From a virus, in the IMG/VR virus record IMGVR_UViG_3300031787_000005: a stretch of 64,000 nt of DNA; one strand, 5' to 3'. How positions within the stretch are numbered: position 1 is the first letter of the stretch; each line of letters begins with the position of its first letter. A model generated the notes under the pieces. The model was given only the letters and a program-made list of their open reading frames with translations, had not been told where the DNA came from and searched no databases. Positions 37,226-46,454 of this stretch are shown here, piece by piece. Made by a program: the position numbers and the translations under genes.

Positions 37226-37660
37226 TTAGCTTTCTTTATTATCTTTAAGGTCAGATTTAAAAATATTTTCCAAATAATTTCTAGCATCTTCTACTGAAGA
37301 AATATATCCCATTTTATCAGATATTTTCACTTCTCCAGTAGATTTCTTCATTTGAAGAAATTGATTATGATCATCGGTAGAGTCATTTATATATCGATGA
37401 TAAATTTTGATTAGGTTTTTATTTTTAGTTTCTGTTATAGTAAGCATCTTATCCAACTTTATCACAAAAATATCTTCATCTGGAAGTTCCATCCATGGTT
37501 TGACTTTTAAGTACATACCACTTCCATTTGAAATCTGTTTAATGATAATTGGATTTTGTAGTAAAACGACAGGATCTCCATCATTCTCATCCACAGAAAC
37601 CAATGAGAATATCTCCTCTCCTGATACTAGTTTAATAATTGCGTAAAACTCTTCTCCCAT
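37226..37660 (-). CDS. conserved hypothetical protein
   Basis: IIKLVSGEEI motif; usual neighbour of uvsW and gp55. Confidence 0.8.
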   Translation of the reverse strand: MGEEFYAIIKLVSGEEIFSLVSVDENDGDPVVLLQNPIIIKQISNGSGMYLKVKPWMELPDEDIFVIKLDKMLTITETKNKNLIKIYHRYINDSTDDHNQFLQMKKSTGEVKISDKMGYISSVEDARNYLENIFKSDLKDNKES

Positions 37661-39123
37661 TAGTTCTTAAGCGGTATGTTTACAATATCATAATTAAAAT
37701 TTTCTTCGTTATAGACTTTGATTCTTTCGATTAGATGATTGAGTGTATAATTTTTTCTTGACTTATAACTGATATCATCGGCAATATCATATAGAGTTGC
37801 TTTAGTCTTATTATCGCCCTTTCTTAAGACTCTACCAATTGATTGAAGATTTCTAATTCTTGACTTCGATGGTGAAGCAAAGATAACATTGTGTAAGTTT
37901 TTAATATTAATACCAGTAGAAAAAGTTCCGTAAGATGCAACAATAATTGCGTTATTTTCTTTTTCGGTGATTTCTCTGACTTTTTCTCGGTCTTCTGTAG
38001 CTACACCACCATGCACAAAGAACACATGACGATCTTCACTGACATTCTTATTTATCAGTTCATACAAAGGTTGTCCGTGACCTTCTACTCTTGAGAAGAG
38101 GATGAGAGTGTTACCTTTGAGGTCAAGGGCAAGATTACGGATAAACTTATTACGTCTTTCGTGATTGATAATATACTGAACCTCATCCTCAAAAGTCTCA
38201 AACTTATTTGGTGGGTGTTTCAATAGCAGTATATTAATATCTAATTTGGCAACGTGACCTTTCTGCATCAGTTCCTCTGTTCTGATGATCTTGTAAGAAG
38301 GACCAAATAAACCTTCTAGAACCCATTTGTGTGTTTGTGTTCCGTCAAGAGTTCCTGTAAATCCGTAACGAAATTTAGCATCTGAAAGTTTTGTCATTAT
38401 AGATACTAATGACTTTGATTTAAACTGGTGTGCTTCATCTCCTACGACCACATTAAATCTTGAAAAGTATTGACGGGGAAGTTTGTAGATGGATTGCCAG
38501 GTAGTGATAATCACCTGAGAGTCCGTTTCTCTTTCTTTCCCTGCGTATATCTTGTGGCAGTATGAACCGACATCCCACCCATAATCAGCAAAATCTTTAT
38601 ACATTTGTTCTACAAGGGAAGTCGTTGGAACAACTATCAGAGTATTTTGTCCTTTCTCAACGTAATATCTCACAATCGCATATATCATCAACGACTTTCC
38701 AGAAGCAGTTGGAGATATCAACAACTTTCTATTGTGTCTTAAAGCGTCGTATACTCCCTCAACTTGGTACTCACGGGGAGCGTACTTGCAAATAGAAATC
38801 ATATAATCCTTGACTCCTTCCTTTGAAATCATATCGTTGACTTCAAAGGGGAGACCATAGAACTTATTATTAGTAAACTCGTAGGTGTACTCGTGGTTTT
38901 CACAGAAACGGGTCAGTTTATCTAAAAGACCAACATAGATCTCGCCAGTTTGGGTATTAAATAAACGAATCTTTCCATCCCAGTGTCTGTTACGGAACTG
39001 GGGCATAAACTTGGCACCTGGTACGTCAAACGTAAACTGATCTGCAAGTTCATAGTAGACGTGCGGTTCTGCTTTTACCTGAAGATATACCTCATTCTTT
39101 TTCGATATAACCAAGTGTGACAT
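37660..39123 (-). CDS. uvsW: UvsW DNA helicase
   Basis: PTASGKS, DEAH, QSIGRVLR. Confidence 0.95.
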   Translation of the reverse strand: MSHLVISKKNEVYLQVKAEPHVYYELADQFTFDVPGAKFMPQFRNRHWDGKIRLFNTQTGEIYVGLLDKLTRFCENHEYTYEFTNNKFYGLPFEVNDMISKEGVKDYMISICKYAPREYQVEGVYDALRHNRKLLISPTASGKSLMIYAIVRYYVEKGQNTLIVVPTTSLVEQMYKDFADYGWDVGSYCHKIYAGKERETDSQVIITTWQSIYKLPRQYFSRFNVVVGDEAHQFKSKSLVSIMTKLSDAKFRYGFTGTLDGTQTHKWVLEGLFGPSYKIIRTEELMQKGHVAKLDINILLLKHPPNKFETFEDEVQYIINHERRNKFIRNLALDLKGNTLILFSRVEGHGQPLYELINKNVSEDRHVFFVHGGVATEDREKVREITEKENNAIIVASYGTFSTGINIKNLHNVIFASPSKSRIRNLQSIGRVLRKGDNKTKATLYDIADDISYKSRKNYTLNHLIERIKVYNEENFNYDIVNIPLKN

Positions 39124-39168
39124 AAGTTCATATCAATACAAAAATATTTATTGACATAAAAAAGGGGG

Positions 39169-39600
39169 TCAATTGAACCCCGCTTGGAACCGATGCCACT
39201 CAATAGCATTTTTTATTTGATAAGTTCTATTAGAAATTGTTCTGATAACTTCTTCAAGAAATTTAAGCATAATGTCATAATACCTGATCTTGAGATCAAT
39301 TTTATTCAACCTCTCATCGGCATCCATATGCCTCTGTAAGGCATCTTTATCCCTAACCTTGTATGGGAAAGGTTCTTCCTCATACACCTCTATAGGTGCC
39401 TTTCCTGTGTAGTAGTTATACCGATCAAGTTTTACCTTGCTATGTGTCTCTCTTGCCTTTTCACGTAACAAGGTGATTGTATTGTAAATTGTATAATACT
39501 TTGCGTGTAGTTGAGGAATTTTTAAAGATTCATCGTGTAGGTTATCAGGATCAATGACAGAATCTCTCTGCCACATCTCCTGAATTTCATCAAGATTCAT
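39169..39600 (-). CDS. uvsY: UvsY recombination mediator
   Basis: IPQLHAKY, RTYQIKNAIEW; position. Confidence 0.88.
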   Translation of the reverse strand: MNLDEIQEMWQRDSVIDPDNLHDESLKIPQLHAKYYTIYNTITLLREKARETHSKVKLDRYNYYTGKAPIEVYEEEPFPYKVRDKDALQRHMDADERLNKIDLKIRYYDIMLKFLEEVIRTISNRTYQIKNAIEWHRFQAGFN

Positions 39601-40142
39601 AAGGGATTTCCGTTCATATCAACAATATTATACACAGTATACTTGAAAGTGACTTCTGCTGTAAAGTACTGAATGTCTGTAACGCTGGCATCAAATTCCA
39701 AAGAAGTTAATGAAGTTGGATATAAATCTTGAAATTTTACGTTTGCAACAGGATTGTAGTTTGAATTTAGAATACTTAAGGATCCATCGCTATATTGCTC
39801 ATTCAAATCTCTAAGACCATCTCGATTTGTAACTTGCTCTTTAAATTGTGCTGGAGTTTCTGGAAATCCCAGTCCAGTTAACCAATTATGAATTGCCATA
39901 TAGTTTTCAAGATTTTCATCGACAAGAAATCTTAAACTAAAATCGCCATAAGTCAATTTTTCTCCAGGAATATCAATATTTTTTAAATATGTTGTTTGAA
40001 TTGCTGTCCCAAGAATAATCTCTGGTATTCTTGTTGAATTGCAAAAAAATGAAACCTTTGGATATTTCACCAAACTAAATTTAAATCCTACAGGAGATAG
40101 AAAATTTCTATTCTGTATTTGATTGCTAAATGCTGATGCCAT
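39597..40142 (-). CDS. gp3: tail completion / sheath stabilizer (gp3-like)
   Basis: NRNFLSPVGFKF, FLVDENLENY; position downstream of gp23. Confidence 0.8.
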   Translation of the reverse strand: MASAFSNQIQNRNFLSPVGFKFSLVKYPKVSFFCNSTRIPEIILGTAIQTTYLKNIDIPGEKLTYGDFSLRFLVDENLENYMAIHNWLTGLGFPETPAQFKEQVTNRDGLRDLNEQYSDGSLSILNSNYNPVANVKFQDLYPTSLTSLEFDASVTDIQYFTAEVTFKYTVYNIVDMNGNPL

Positions 40143-40146
40143 TAGA

Positions 40147-40320
40147 TCACTTTAATTGTTGAACTGTCTGTAAACTAAACTTAATTGGTTGTAGTTTTTT
40201 GCCTTCTCCAGATCTAGCTGCGTTTAATGCTGCTTGAGATTTTTGATCTAAAGGTATTGTTTGTCTTGCATTTACTGGGCGATATTCTGCTTCTAAAATG
40301 AATTGCTTAAAAGTTTTCAT
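40147..40320 (-). CDS. 57-aa protein beginning MKTFKQFILE (candidate internal head protein)
   Basis: ATG at 40320 after the gp23 terminator and a CTAAATA late-type box. Confidence 0.65.
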   Translation of the reverse strand: MKTFKQFILEAEYRPVNARQTIPLDQKSQAALNAARSGEGKKLQPIKFSLQTVQQLK

Positions 40321-40340
40321 TTTTTTATTTCTATTTAGAT

Positions 40341-40368
40341 AAAAAAAAGAGGGTCCGAAGACCCTCTG
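40341..40368 (-). terminator. gp23 terminator
   Basis: AGAGGGTC-TTCG-GACCCTCT hairpin plus T-tract. Confidence 0.88.
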
Positions 40369-40390
40369 ATATGGAATTGTAATCTCGTGA

Positions 40391-41782
40391 TCACATGAGG
40401 TTTGCAACCTTGACTCTTCTGTAGTAAACGTTTGAGTTTCTCTCCAGAACACCAGGATTGGTGAGGGTAGCACCTTTTGCGAATGGATTGGCAACAATTC
40501 CATAACGGGTCTTGAAGCCAATTTTTGGCTGGAAGGTGTTCTCGCCAACGGCACGTACCATCTGTAGAGGTACATATGGGCAGTAGAAGATACCAGCGTC
40601 ATAAGGTGAAGAACCCTTGTAACCAACAACGTAGTACTGGTTAGCTGAAACGTTAGCAGCGTATGGGTCGATGTATACGCGGAACTTACCAGCAAGAACA
40701 CCAGCGAAGGTGTTACCAGTGTCATCAACGTTGAGGTTAGCGTTGAGTGCAGGGGTGTAGTCAAGAACACCAGCCATGGTCAGTGCTGAAGCAACGTCTG
40801 CAGAGCACATGATCATGTTGCCCTTCCCTCTACGAGTTCTTTGTGCGATTGCGTTGGCATCGCGCTCGATTTGGAAGATTAGACCCTTGAACTTCTCAAC
40901 TGACCAACGACCATTGGAGTCAACGTCGAGGTCGAAGGTACCAGCGGTTGCGGTGTTAACGGTAGCACCCGTTTCTGCAACGTTATAGATGGTACGAATA
41001 ACTTCGCGGTTGATTTCAGCAAGAATCTCGCTTGAAAGAATGTTAGCGAGTTCTGCTTCTGCATTCAGACCATGAATTGCCTTCAGGTCTTGTGCAAGCT
41101 CAAGGCTGTACTCTGCCTTCAGAGCACGTGACTTAGCGGTAACGGTGACTTTCTCGATCGAGAATGCCATCTCGTTGAATGCACCACCAGCCTGAGTGCC
41201 GAGATCTTCTGCGTCATCGGTACGCATACCTTGACCTACGTTGTAGGTAGTACCGGTTGCGCTAGCGATTGGGTTGAGCAGACCAGGATTGGTTCCTTGC
41301 TGAGCAGTGGTACCAAGACCAACAGCAGAATCGGTGAATCCATCGGTAAGACCCAGAGCAGCATTCTGACCAGAGAATGCGGTATCTACTTCGTTGTAGA
41401 ATGCTTCGGATCCAGATTGGTTGGTGTAACGTGAACGCATCGCAAAGATGAGTCCAGTTGGTCCGTTCATTGGTTGAACACCTGCGAGGTCATAAGCGAC
41501 CAGGTTAGGCATTGAACGACGGATCAGGCTGATTAGAACAGGGTCAAAACCAGCTACAGGTGATGAAGCACCACCACTGAAACCAGGGGTTCCAGTTGTT
41601 TGAGTATTTACGGTTGGAGCTTCGTATAGAAACTCACGCTCTTCACGAAGAGCTCTTTCTTGGTTCTCCAGGAGAACGGCAGTTACCATTCTACGATGTG
41701 AATCTTTGATTGGATCAAGACCTTCGTAGTCTAGGAGTGGTGCCCACTTCTCCTGCAGATGTTCTTGGTTGAACATTTGCAT
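40391..41782 (-). CDS. gp23: major capsid protein (gp23)
   Basis: GVQPMNGPTGLIFAMR, KSRALKAEY, FYCPYVPLQM. Confidence 0.98.
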   Translation of the reverse strand: MQMFNQEHLQEKWAPLLDYEGLDPIKDSHRRMVTAVLLENQERALREEREFLYEAPTVNTQTTGTPGFSGGASSPVAGFDPVLISLIRRSMPNLVAYDLAGVQPMNGPTGLIFAMRSRYTNQSGSEAFYNEVDTAFSGQNAALGLTDGFTDSAVGLGTTAQQGTNPGLLNPIASATGTTYNVGQGMRTDDAEDLGTQAGGAFNEMAFSIEKVTVTAKSRALKAEYSLELAQDLKAIHGLNAEAELANILSSEILAEINREVIRTIYNVAETGATVNTATAGTFDLDVDSNGRWSVEKFKGLIFQIERDANAIAQRTRRGKGNMIMCSADVASALTMAGVLDYTPALNANLNVDDTGNTFAGVLAGKFRVYIDPYAANVSANQYYVVGYKGSSPYDAGIFYCPYVPLQMVRAVGENTFQPKIGFKTRYGIVANPFAKGATLTNPGVLERNSNVYYRRVKVANLM

Positions 41783-41829
41783 TGTTTTTACCTCTTTGGA
41801 AAATTTAGTTTGAACTTATAATCTAAAAA

Positions 41830-42996
41830 TCACTTTTTAGAAACTCTATTCAGAGTCTGAAGATATGACTCCATCAGACCAGAAACTGGAGCTGATTGAT
41901 CAGTTGTTCCTTCAGAGATGTTCTCTGAATGATCTCTTTGAGTACCAGTTTTTGATGGGAAATACGATTCCCTCAATGTTACTAGCTTCTCACGATAGTC
42001 TGCCTCACTTTCAAACTCAACATTTTCGGCAAGAGAAGCGAGTTTGTCCTTCTGAGAAAGTGCAAGACCCTCAGTGACTTCTGCAAAGATTACATCAGCA
42101 ACTGACTCGGCTAATCTCCTATTAAGAGCAACATTTCTTTGAATTTGCTCGTTGAGTTTTTCTTCCATTTCATCAAGTTTATCTACCATGCTCTCGATTA
42201 CATCATATCTATCTTCAGGGATTGTTACATAATGATCTTCAAAAAGACCCTTCATTCCTTGTAGGAATGATTCGGTCATTTCAGTCTTAAGACCGTGCTC
42301 AACTGCGAGTTCGTTCTCTTGAATCCACTCATCAGCAACATACTCAAGGTATGCATCAAGTCTACCGGTTAACTCTTCTCTAATTGATTGAACTTGCTCA
42401 ACTAGAGACTCTTCATATGAAGATTGAAGTTGCTCTTTGATTTCAGCAACTCTTGTTTTGATTGCTGCTTCAAAGATAGTGCGTGCTTTCTCTTGGAATT
42501 CTTCGGAAAGCTCTTCACCTTCGAGGAGAGCATTGACATCTTCTTCGATGTCAAACTCTTCCTTCATTTCATCCTCATCTTCTTCTTCTTCTTCTTTTTT
42601 GGCTTTTTTCTTGCCTTTCTCTTCTTCTTTTTCGTCTTCGTCGGCAGCCTCAGCGACTACTTCCTCATCTGCTTCTAGTTCTTCTTCATCAACTAGTTCT
42701 TCCTCTTCGTCAGTCTCTTCCTTGACTGCTCCACCGGCAAGTTTTGCCATAGGATCAGCAGCCTTTGCACCCTTGTTGACTACATTCTTGACTTGAGCAA
42801 GAGTTTTGCCAGGAGTGCCAAGTTTCGCTGAGTCATCAGTTGACTTGTAATTTTCTGGAGTAGGACCGCCCAGATCTTCCCAACTTCCAGTTTGACCATC
42901 AGGAATACCTGTGGTTAACTTGTGCATTGGTTCGGCAGCTGCAGCCCCTTTGGTTACTACGTTTTCCATTTCTTGTAAATTTCTACCAACGGACAT
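41830..42996 (-). CDS. gp22: prohead core scaffold protein (gp22)
   Basis: Acidic coiled-coil, YLEYVADEW; position. Confidence 0.92.
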   Translation of the reverse strand: MSVGRNLQEMENVVTKGAAAAEPMHKLTTGIPDGQTGSWEDLGGPTPENYKSTDDSAKLGTPGKTLAQVKNVVNKGAKAADPMAKLAGGAVKEETDEEEELVDEEELEADEEVVAEAADEDEKEEEKGKKKAKKEEEEEDEDEMKEEFDIEEDVNALLEGEELSEEFQEKARTIFEAAIKTRVAEIKEQLQSSYEESLVEQVQSIREELTGRLDAYLEYVADEWIQENELAVEHGLKTEMTESFLQGMKGLFEDHYVTIPEDRYDVIESMVDKLDEMEEKLNEQIQRNVALNRRLAESVADVIFAEVTEGLALSQKDKLASLAENVEFESEADYREKLVTLRESYFPSKTGTQRDHSENISEGTTDQSAPVSGLMESYLQTLNRVSKK

Positions 42997-43026
42997 TTGT
43001 TTAGATATTTAGATATAATCTATATT

Positions 43027-43034
43027 TATTTATA
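43027..43034 (-). promoter_or_regulatory. T4-type late promoter TATAAATA
   Basis: Exact motif upstream of gp22. Confidence 0.75.
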
Positions 43035-43036
43035 AA

Positions 43037-43687
43037 TTATAGATTTGAAAGGAACTCATTAAATAAATTTAACTTATGCTCTTCAAGTCTTTTTTGGTCG
43101 ATAAGAGTATTAATTCTTCTTTGAGTTTTTTCTGCGAGTTGTTCACGAAGAATTCCTCCTTCCCAAACCCACTCTTTACCTTCCATAATTCCTGAAACAA
43201 AAGCATCAGGTGCAGAAGGATCGGCAACGATATCAGCAGCAGTTGCTAGCATGAAATCTTCGCCAACAATTTTATGACCCTCATTGGTCATCTTGAGTGA
43301 TCCAACACCACGAGAAGAAACACCTAAAGTTACACCCTCTTTAATCAGAGATTCTGCAATCTTACCCATTGGGGTCGATAAAATTTGTGCTTTGCCGATA
43401 AAGTTATTTCCCTCACAAGTGAGAGAAACAATTTTATGTGAAACACGATCGAGGTTGACTGTTGGACCATCTGGGTGTCCAAGTTCACCAAGAGCACGAC
43501 CTTTTTGAATAAAGCTTTCATCATATCTCTTCACCTCACGGGAAAGAGTGTCCATAGGATACATTCTTCCATTTCTGTTAGTAATGTTTCCCTGAAGGAA
43601 TACGCCTTCAATGTAGCACTTTTTAGCAGAACCTTTGCCTTCTACAATAAATTCTACTTTTTGAATTTCTTCTGTGATGAGTTTCAT
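43037..43687 (-). CDS. gp21: prohead protease (gp21)
   Basis: GELGHP, GVSSRG, DPSAPDA. Confidence 0.96.
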   Translation of the reverse strand: MKLITEEIQKVEFIVEGKGSAKKCYIEGVFLQGNITNRNGRMYPMDTLSREVKRYDESFIQKGRALGELGHPDGPTVNLDRVSHKIVSLTCEGNNFIGKAQILSTPMGKIAESLIKEGVTLGVSSRGVGSLKMTNEGHKIVGEDFMLATAADIVADPSAPDAFVSGIMEGKEWVWEGGILREQLAEKTQRRINTLIDQKRLEEHKLNLFNEFLSNL

Positions 43688-43688
43688 T

Positions 43689-43955
43689 TTAGTTTGTGAA
43701 CGCTACTTTATTTGCTTTGATTGCAGATGTTGACCAAATAACGTCGGATGCTGATTTTGCTAAAAATTCAACAGATCCAGCTGGAATTTCAAAATAATTA
43801 GTTGATGCTGCTCCAACTAAGGTACTCACACCAACTGTTACAATTCCTGCAGTATTGTTATACAACCGAACGCAAGTTGCATCACTAATGCTAGTGGCTG
43901 CACCGGCAGTTGCTCCAGTATTTACTTGCGTCGCTACGATTTTCGTGATCATCAT
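43689..43955 (-). CDS. hypothetical virion-module protein
   Basis: 88-aa ORF between the gp67-like gene and gp21. Confidence 0.7.
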   Translation of the reverse strand: MMITKIVATQVNTGATAGAATSISDATCVRLYNNTAGIVTVGVSTLVGAASTNYFEIPAGSVEFLAKSASDVIWSTSAIKANKVAFTN

Positions 43956-44128
43956 TCTTCCTCGGATTCTTCTTCAGATGATTCATTTTCACCAAACATT
44001 GCTGATGCGACAACAGGACGGAGTGAATCAACTCTCTCCGCTGCTTTTGCAAATAGAACTTCTTTAATCCTGTCAGAAATATCTGAAGGTGAAGCATCCG
44101 TTGCAATCAAATCGATGACATCTTCCAT
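43952..44128 (-). CDS. small prohead core protein (gp67-like), 58 aa
   Basis: Manual translation MEDVIDLIATDASPSDISDRIKEVLFAKAAERV...; position after portal. Confidence 0.65.
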   Translation of the reverse strand: MEDVIDLIATDASPSDISDRIKEVLFAKAAERVDSLRPVVASAMFGENESSEEESEEE

Positions 44129-44153
44129 AAAAATTTTAATATAGTTATACGAC

Positions 44154-44161
44154 TATTTATA
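44154..44161 (-). promoter_or_regulatory. T4-type late promoter TATAAATA
   Basis: Exact motif overlapping the gp20 stop. Confidence 0.7.
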
Positions 44162-45833
44162 TCTCAGCCTTTTTGGTATCTTTTTGTACCTGAGCATCAG
44201 TGATTCCAGCATCCTTATTTACATCTGGTTCTTGAGGAACATCACCCATTAAACCGGGGTCTCCTCCTGCTGGAATGGGTGCTCCAGTTATTGGATCAAC
44301 TGCATTTGGATCTGGAATGATGCCATCTTTAATTTCTTTCTTGATTCGCTCATCAATTTCGATGATTTCAGAATCAGTTTGACGTAGAACTTTTCTACGA
44401 ACATAGTCCACTGAGAAATATTTGCCAATATATGGTTCCATTGTTGCGAGAAGACCTAGGCGATCATTCATTAATTCGCTTTCTTTTAGTTCCGCAAACT
44501 GGTTATCATACAAGAAATCATATTGAATATGATCGCTAATAACTTCCCAATCCTCAGGAGTGACAATATTTTTGAGAATCAATTGCGTTCTCAACATGTC
44601 ATTAAAAAGATTAGCAAAACGCTTTCTTAAACGTCCAACAAATTTAGAGAATTTTAATTCATCGCGGAGAATCTCTGATGATCGTCCAAGATTAAAACCA
44701 CCATCATTAGCAATTCTAGACTCTGGAACGCCAAGTGCTCTATAAAGTTTTTTCTGAAAATATTCTACGTCAGATAATTCTCCAAGATTTTGTCCACCAG
44801 GAAGAGTTGTGATTTCAGTTCCTCTACCACCTTCTCTTCTAGGAAGCCAGAAGTCTTCAAGCATACTCATATATTTGCGATCATCTCTGACCTCACCAGT
44901 ACTTGCATCGTAAACTAATTTGTTACGATAGCGACTCATTACTTCACGAAGGTATTGCTCCGCTTTTACTTTAGGAAGATTACCCACATCAATGTAGAAA
45001 ATTCTTCTTTCTGGTGCTCTCGATAATCTGTAAATAACAAGAGAATCCTCAATCATTCTTAATTGATTGAGGGCTTTAATTGCTTTATGAAGGTATGAAA
45101 GTACAGTTCCTTTATTCCTATCAATTAATCCAGAACTGCAATATGTAACTGAATCTTTTGCAATTTTGACAGAACCTTTGGAGTTTGATCCACCAGCAAT
45201 CATACCCACTGGATATTGTGGTGTAGGTGTATACAGAAAATACTCTTCAAAATCTGGTTGATAAATTGATTTTGGATCTCTAGAAGAATCTAGAGCATTG
45301 CTGATTGGAATCTTATTTTGTTTTTTCTCTTGACGCACATACTTAATTTTCATGGGATCAATATACCTAACTTCTTTGATCCCATCCTGTGGTTTATTGA
45401 CATCAATAACTTTCAGATAAAAAAGTCTACCATCGACGTACCAGTTTCTGAACATCTCATGGCATTTTTTATCAAAGTCCAAAATTTCTTTGATATATTT
45501 AAATTCTTCTCTTATTTTTGATTTTAACTTATCACTTGCATTTACATTTGATAGTTCGATTTCAACTGGTGAATCATAAAGATCACTTACAATTGCTTCA
45601 TTAACAACATCTTCAATGGCATTATCACACTCTGGGTGTAATGCCATTTCTCTGTATCTTTTGATTAGATCGTGTTCTGTTCTATAGACTCCTTCAATGT
45701 CTACATATTGTCCATAAAAACCACTAGCAATATAATTATCAACCCCGTCCTCATTGGTTTGAGGAACGGGGGACATTACAGATTTAGGATTTTTTTGGGA
45801 GTCTTCAATAGAAAATCCAAAAAGTTTTGCCAT
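44157..45833 (-). CDS. gp20: portal protein (gp20)
   Basis: RAPERRIFYIDVG, EDFWLPRREGGRGTE. Confidence 0.98.
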   Translation of the reverse strand: MAKLFGFSIEDSQKNPKSVMSPVPQTNEDGVDNYIASGFYGQYVDIEGVYRTEHDLIKRYREMALHPECDNAIEDVVNEAIVSDLYDSPVEIELSNVNASDKLKSKIREEFKYIKEILDFDKKCHEMFRNWYVDGRLFYLKVIDVNKPQDGIKEVRYIDPMKIKYVRQEKKQNKIPISNALDSSRDPKSIYQPDFEEYFLYTPTPQYPVGMIAGGSNSKGSVKIAKDSVTYCSSGLIDRNKGTVLSYLHKAIKALNQLRMIEDSLVIYRLSRAPERRIFYIDVGNLPKVKAEQYLREVMSRYRNKLVYDASTGEVRDDRKYMSMLEDFWLPRREGGRGTEITTLPGGQNLGELSDVEYFQKKLYRALGVPESRIANDGGFNLGRSSEILRDELKFSKFVGRLRKRFANLFNDMLRTQLILKNIVTPEDWEVISDHIQYDFLYDNQFAELKESELMNDRLGLLATMEPYIGKYFSVDYVRRKVLRQTDSEIIEIDERIKKEIKDGIIPDPNAVDPITGAPIPAGGDPGLMGDVPQEPDVNKDAGITDAQVQKDTKKAEI

Positions 45834-45866
45834 CTTATAAATTAGAACCGTTTATTCTACTATTTA

Positions 45867-46436
45867 TCAGTTAATATCTGTGCCACCTGCAGCAGGACTA
45901 TCTCCAACAAGTGCTTCCCACCACTGAACTTGGAATTCTACTGTAAATTCCTCAATGGTATCTGTGGTGTCATAAGACACATCAATTTGAGAAACATTGG
46001 TTGGGAAAATATCGTAGAACTTGTATCTTCTCAATACTGATCCGTCACGATCAAGTTGAGCAACTTCGGCTGGGGCAACATATGATGTTGGATCGGTTAA
46101 ACCTTCAGCAGTTTGAACATTATTAATTTGGTTCATCCAGTTCTCAAATGCACTTCTTAATTCAAAGTTAGTGTCATTCAGAACTGTAACTGTCCATGTA
46201 TCAAATGTTCTGTCACCAGCAACTTTAAGAGTTCTACCTCTAAAGTTTACATCGATTGGTGTAACGTTTGATGCTGGGAGAGCGGCAGACTTAACCAAAA
46301 AGTTTGTGATGTCATTGTTAGCACCTGATGGTCCACCTATTAGGGATGGAAATCCAATGTTAACTTCAAAGAGATTGCTTCTGGCACCACCGCCTCTTAG
46401 CCTAGCTTTAAAATCTGAAATTGTTCTTAATGCCAT
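45867..46436 (-). CDS. gp19: tail tube protein (gp19)
   Basis: GGARSNLF, AGDRTFDTW, IEEFTV. Confidence 0.95.
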   Translation of the reverse strand: MALRTISDFKARLRGGGARSNLFEVNIGFPSLIGGPSGANNDITNFLVKSAALPASNVTPIDVNFRGRTLKVAGDRTFDTWTVTVLNDTNFELRSAFENWMNQINNVQTAEGLTDPTSYVAPAEVAQLDRDGSVLRRYKFYDIFPTNVSQIDVSYDTTDTIEEFTVEFQVQWWEALVGDSPAAGGTDIN

Positions 46437-46454
46437 TGTTAGATACCTCTAAAA

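Noticed and set aside
40147-40770. 207-aa ORF overlapping gp23
   Set aside because: It crosses gp23 out of frame and its terminator; only the last 57 codons are credible
43891-44106. 71-aa minus-strand ORF from the track
   Set aside because: Wrong frame; the 58-aa gp67-like ORF at 43952-44128 fits better
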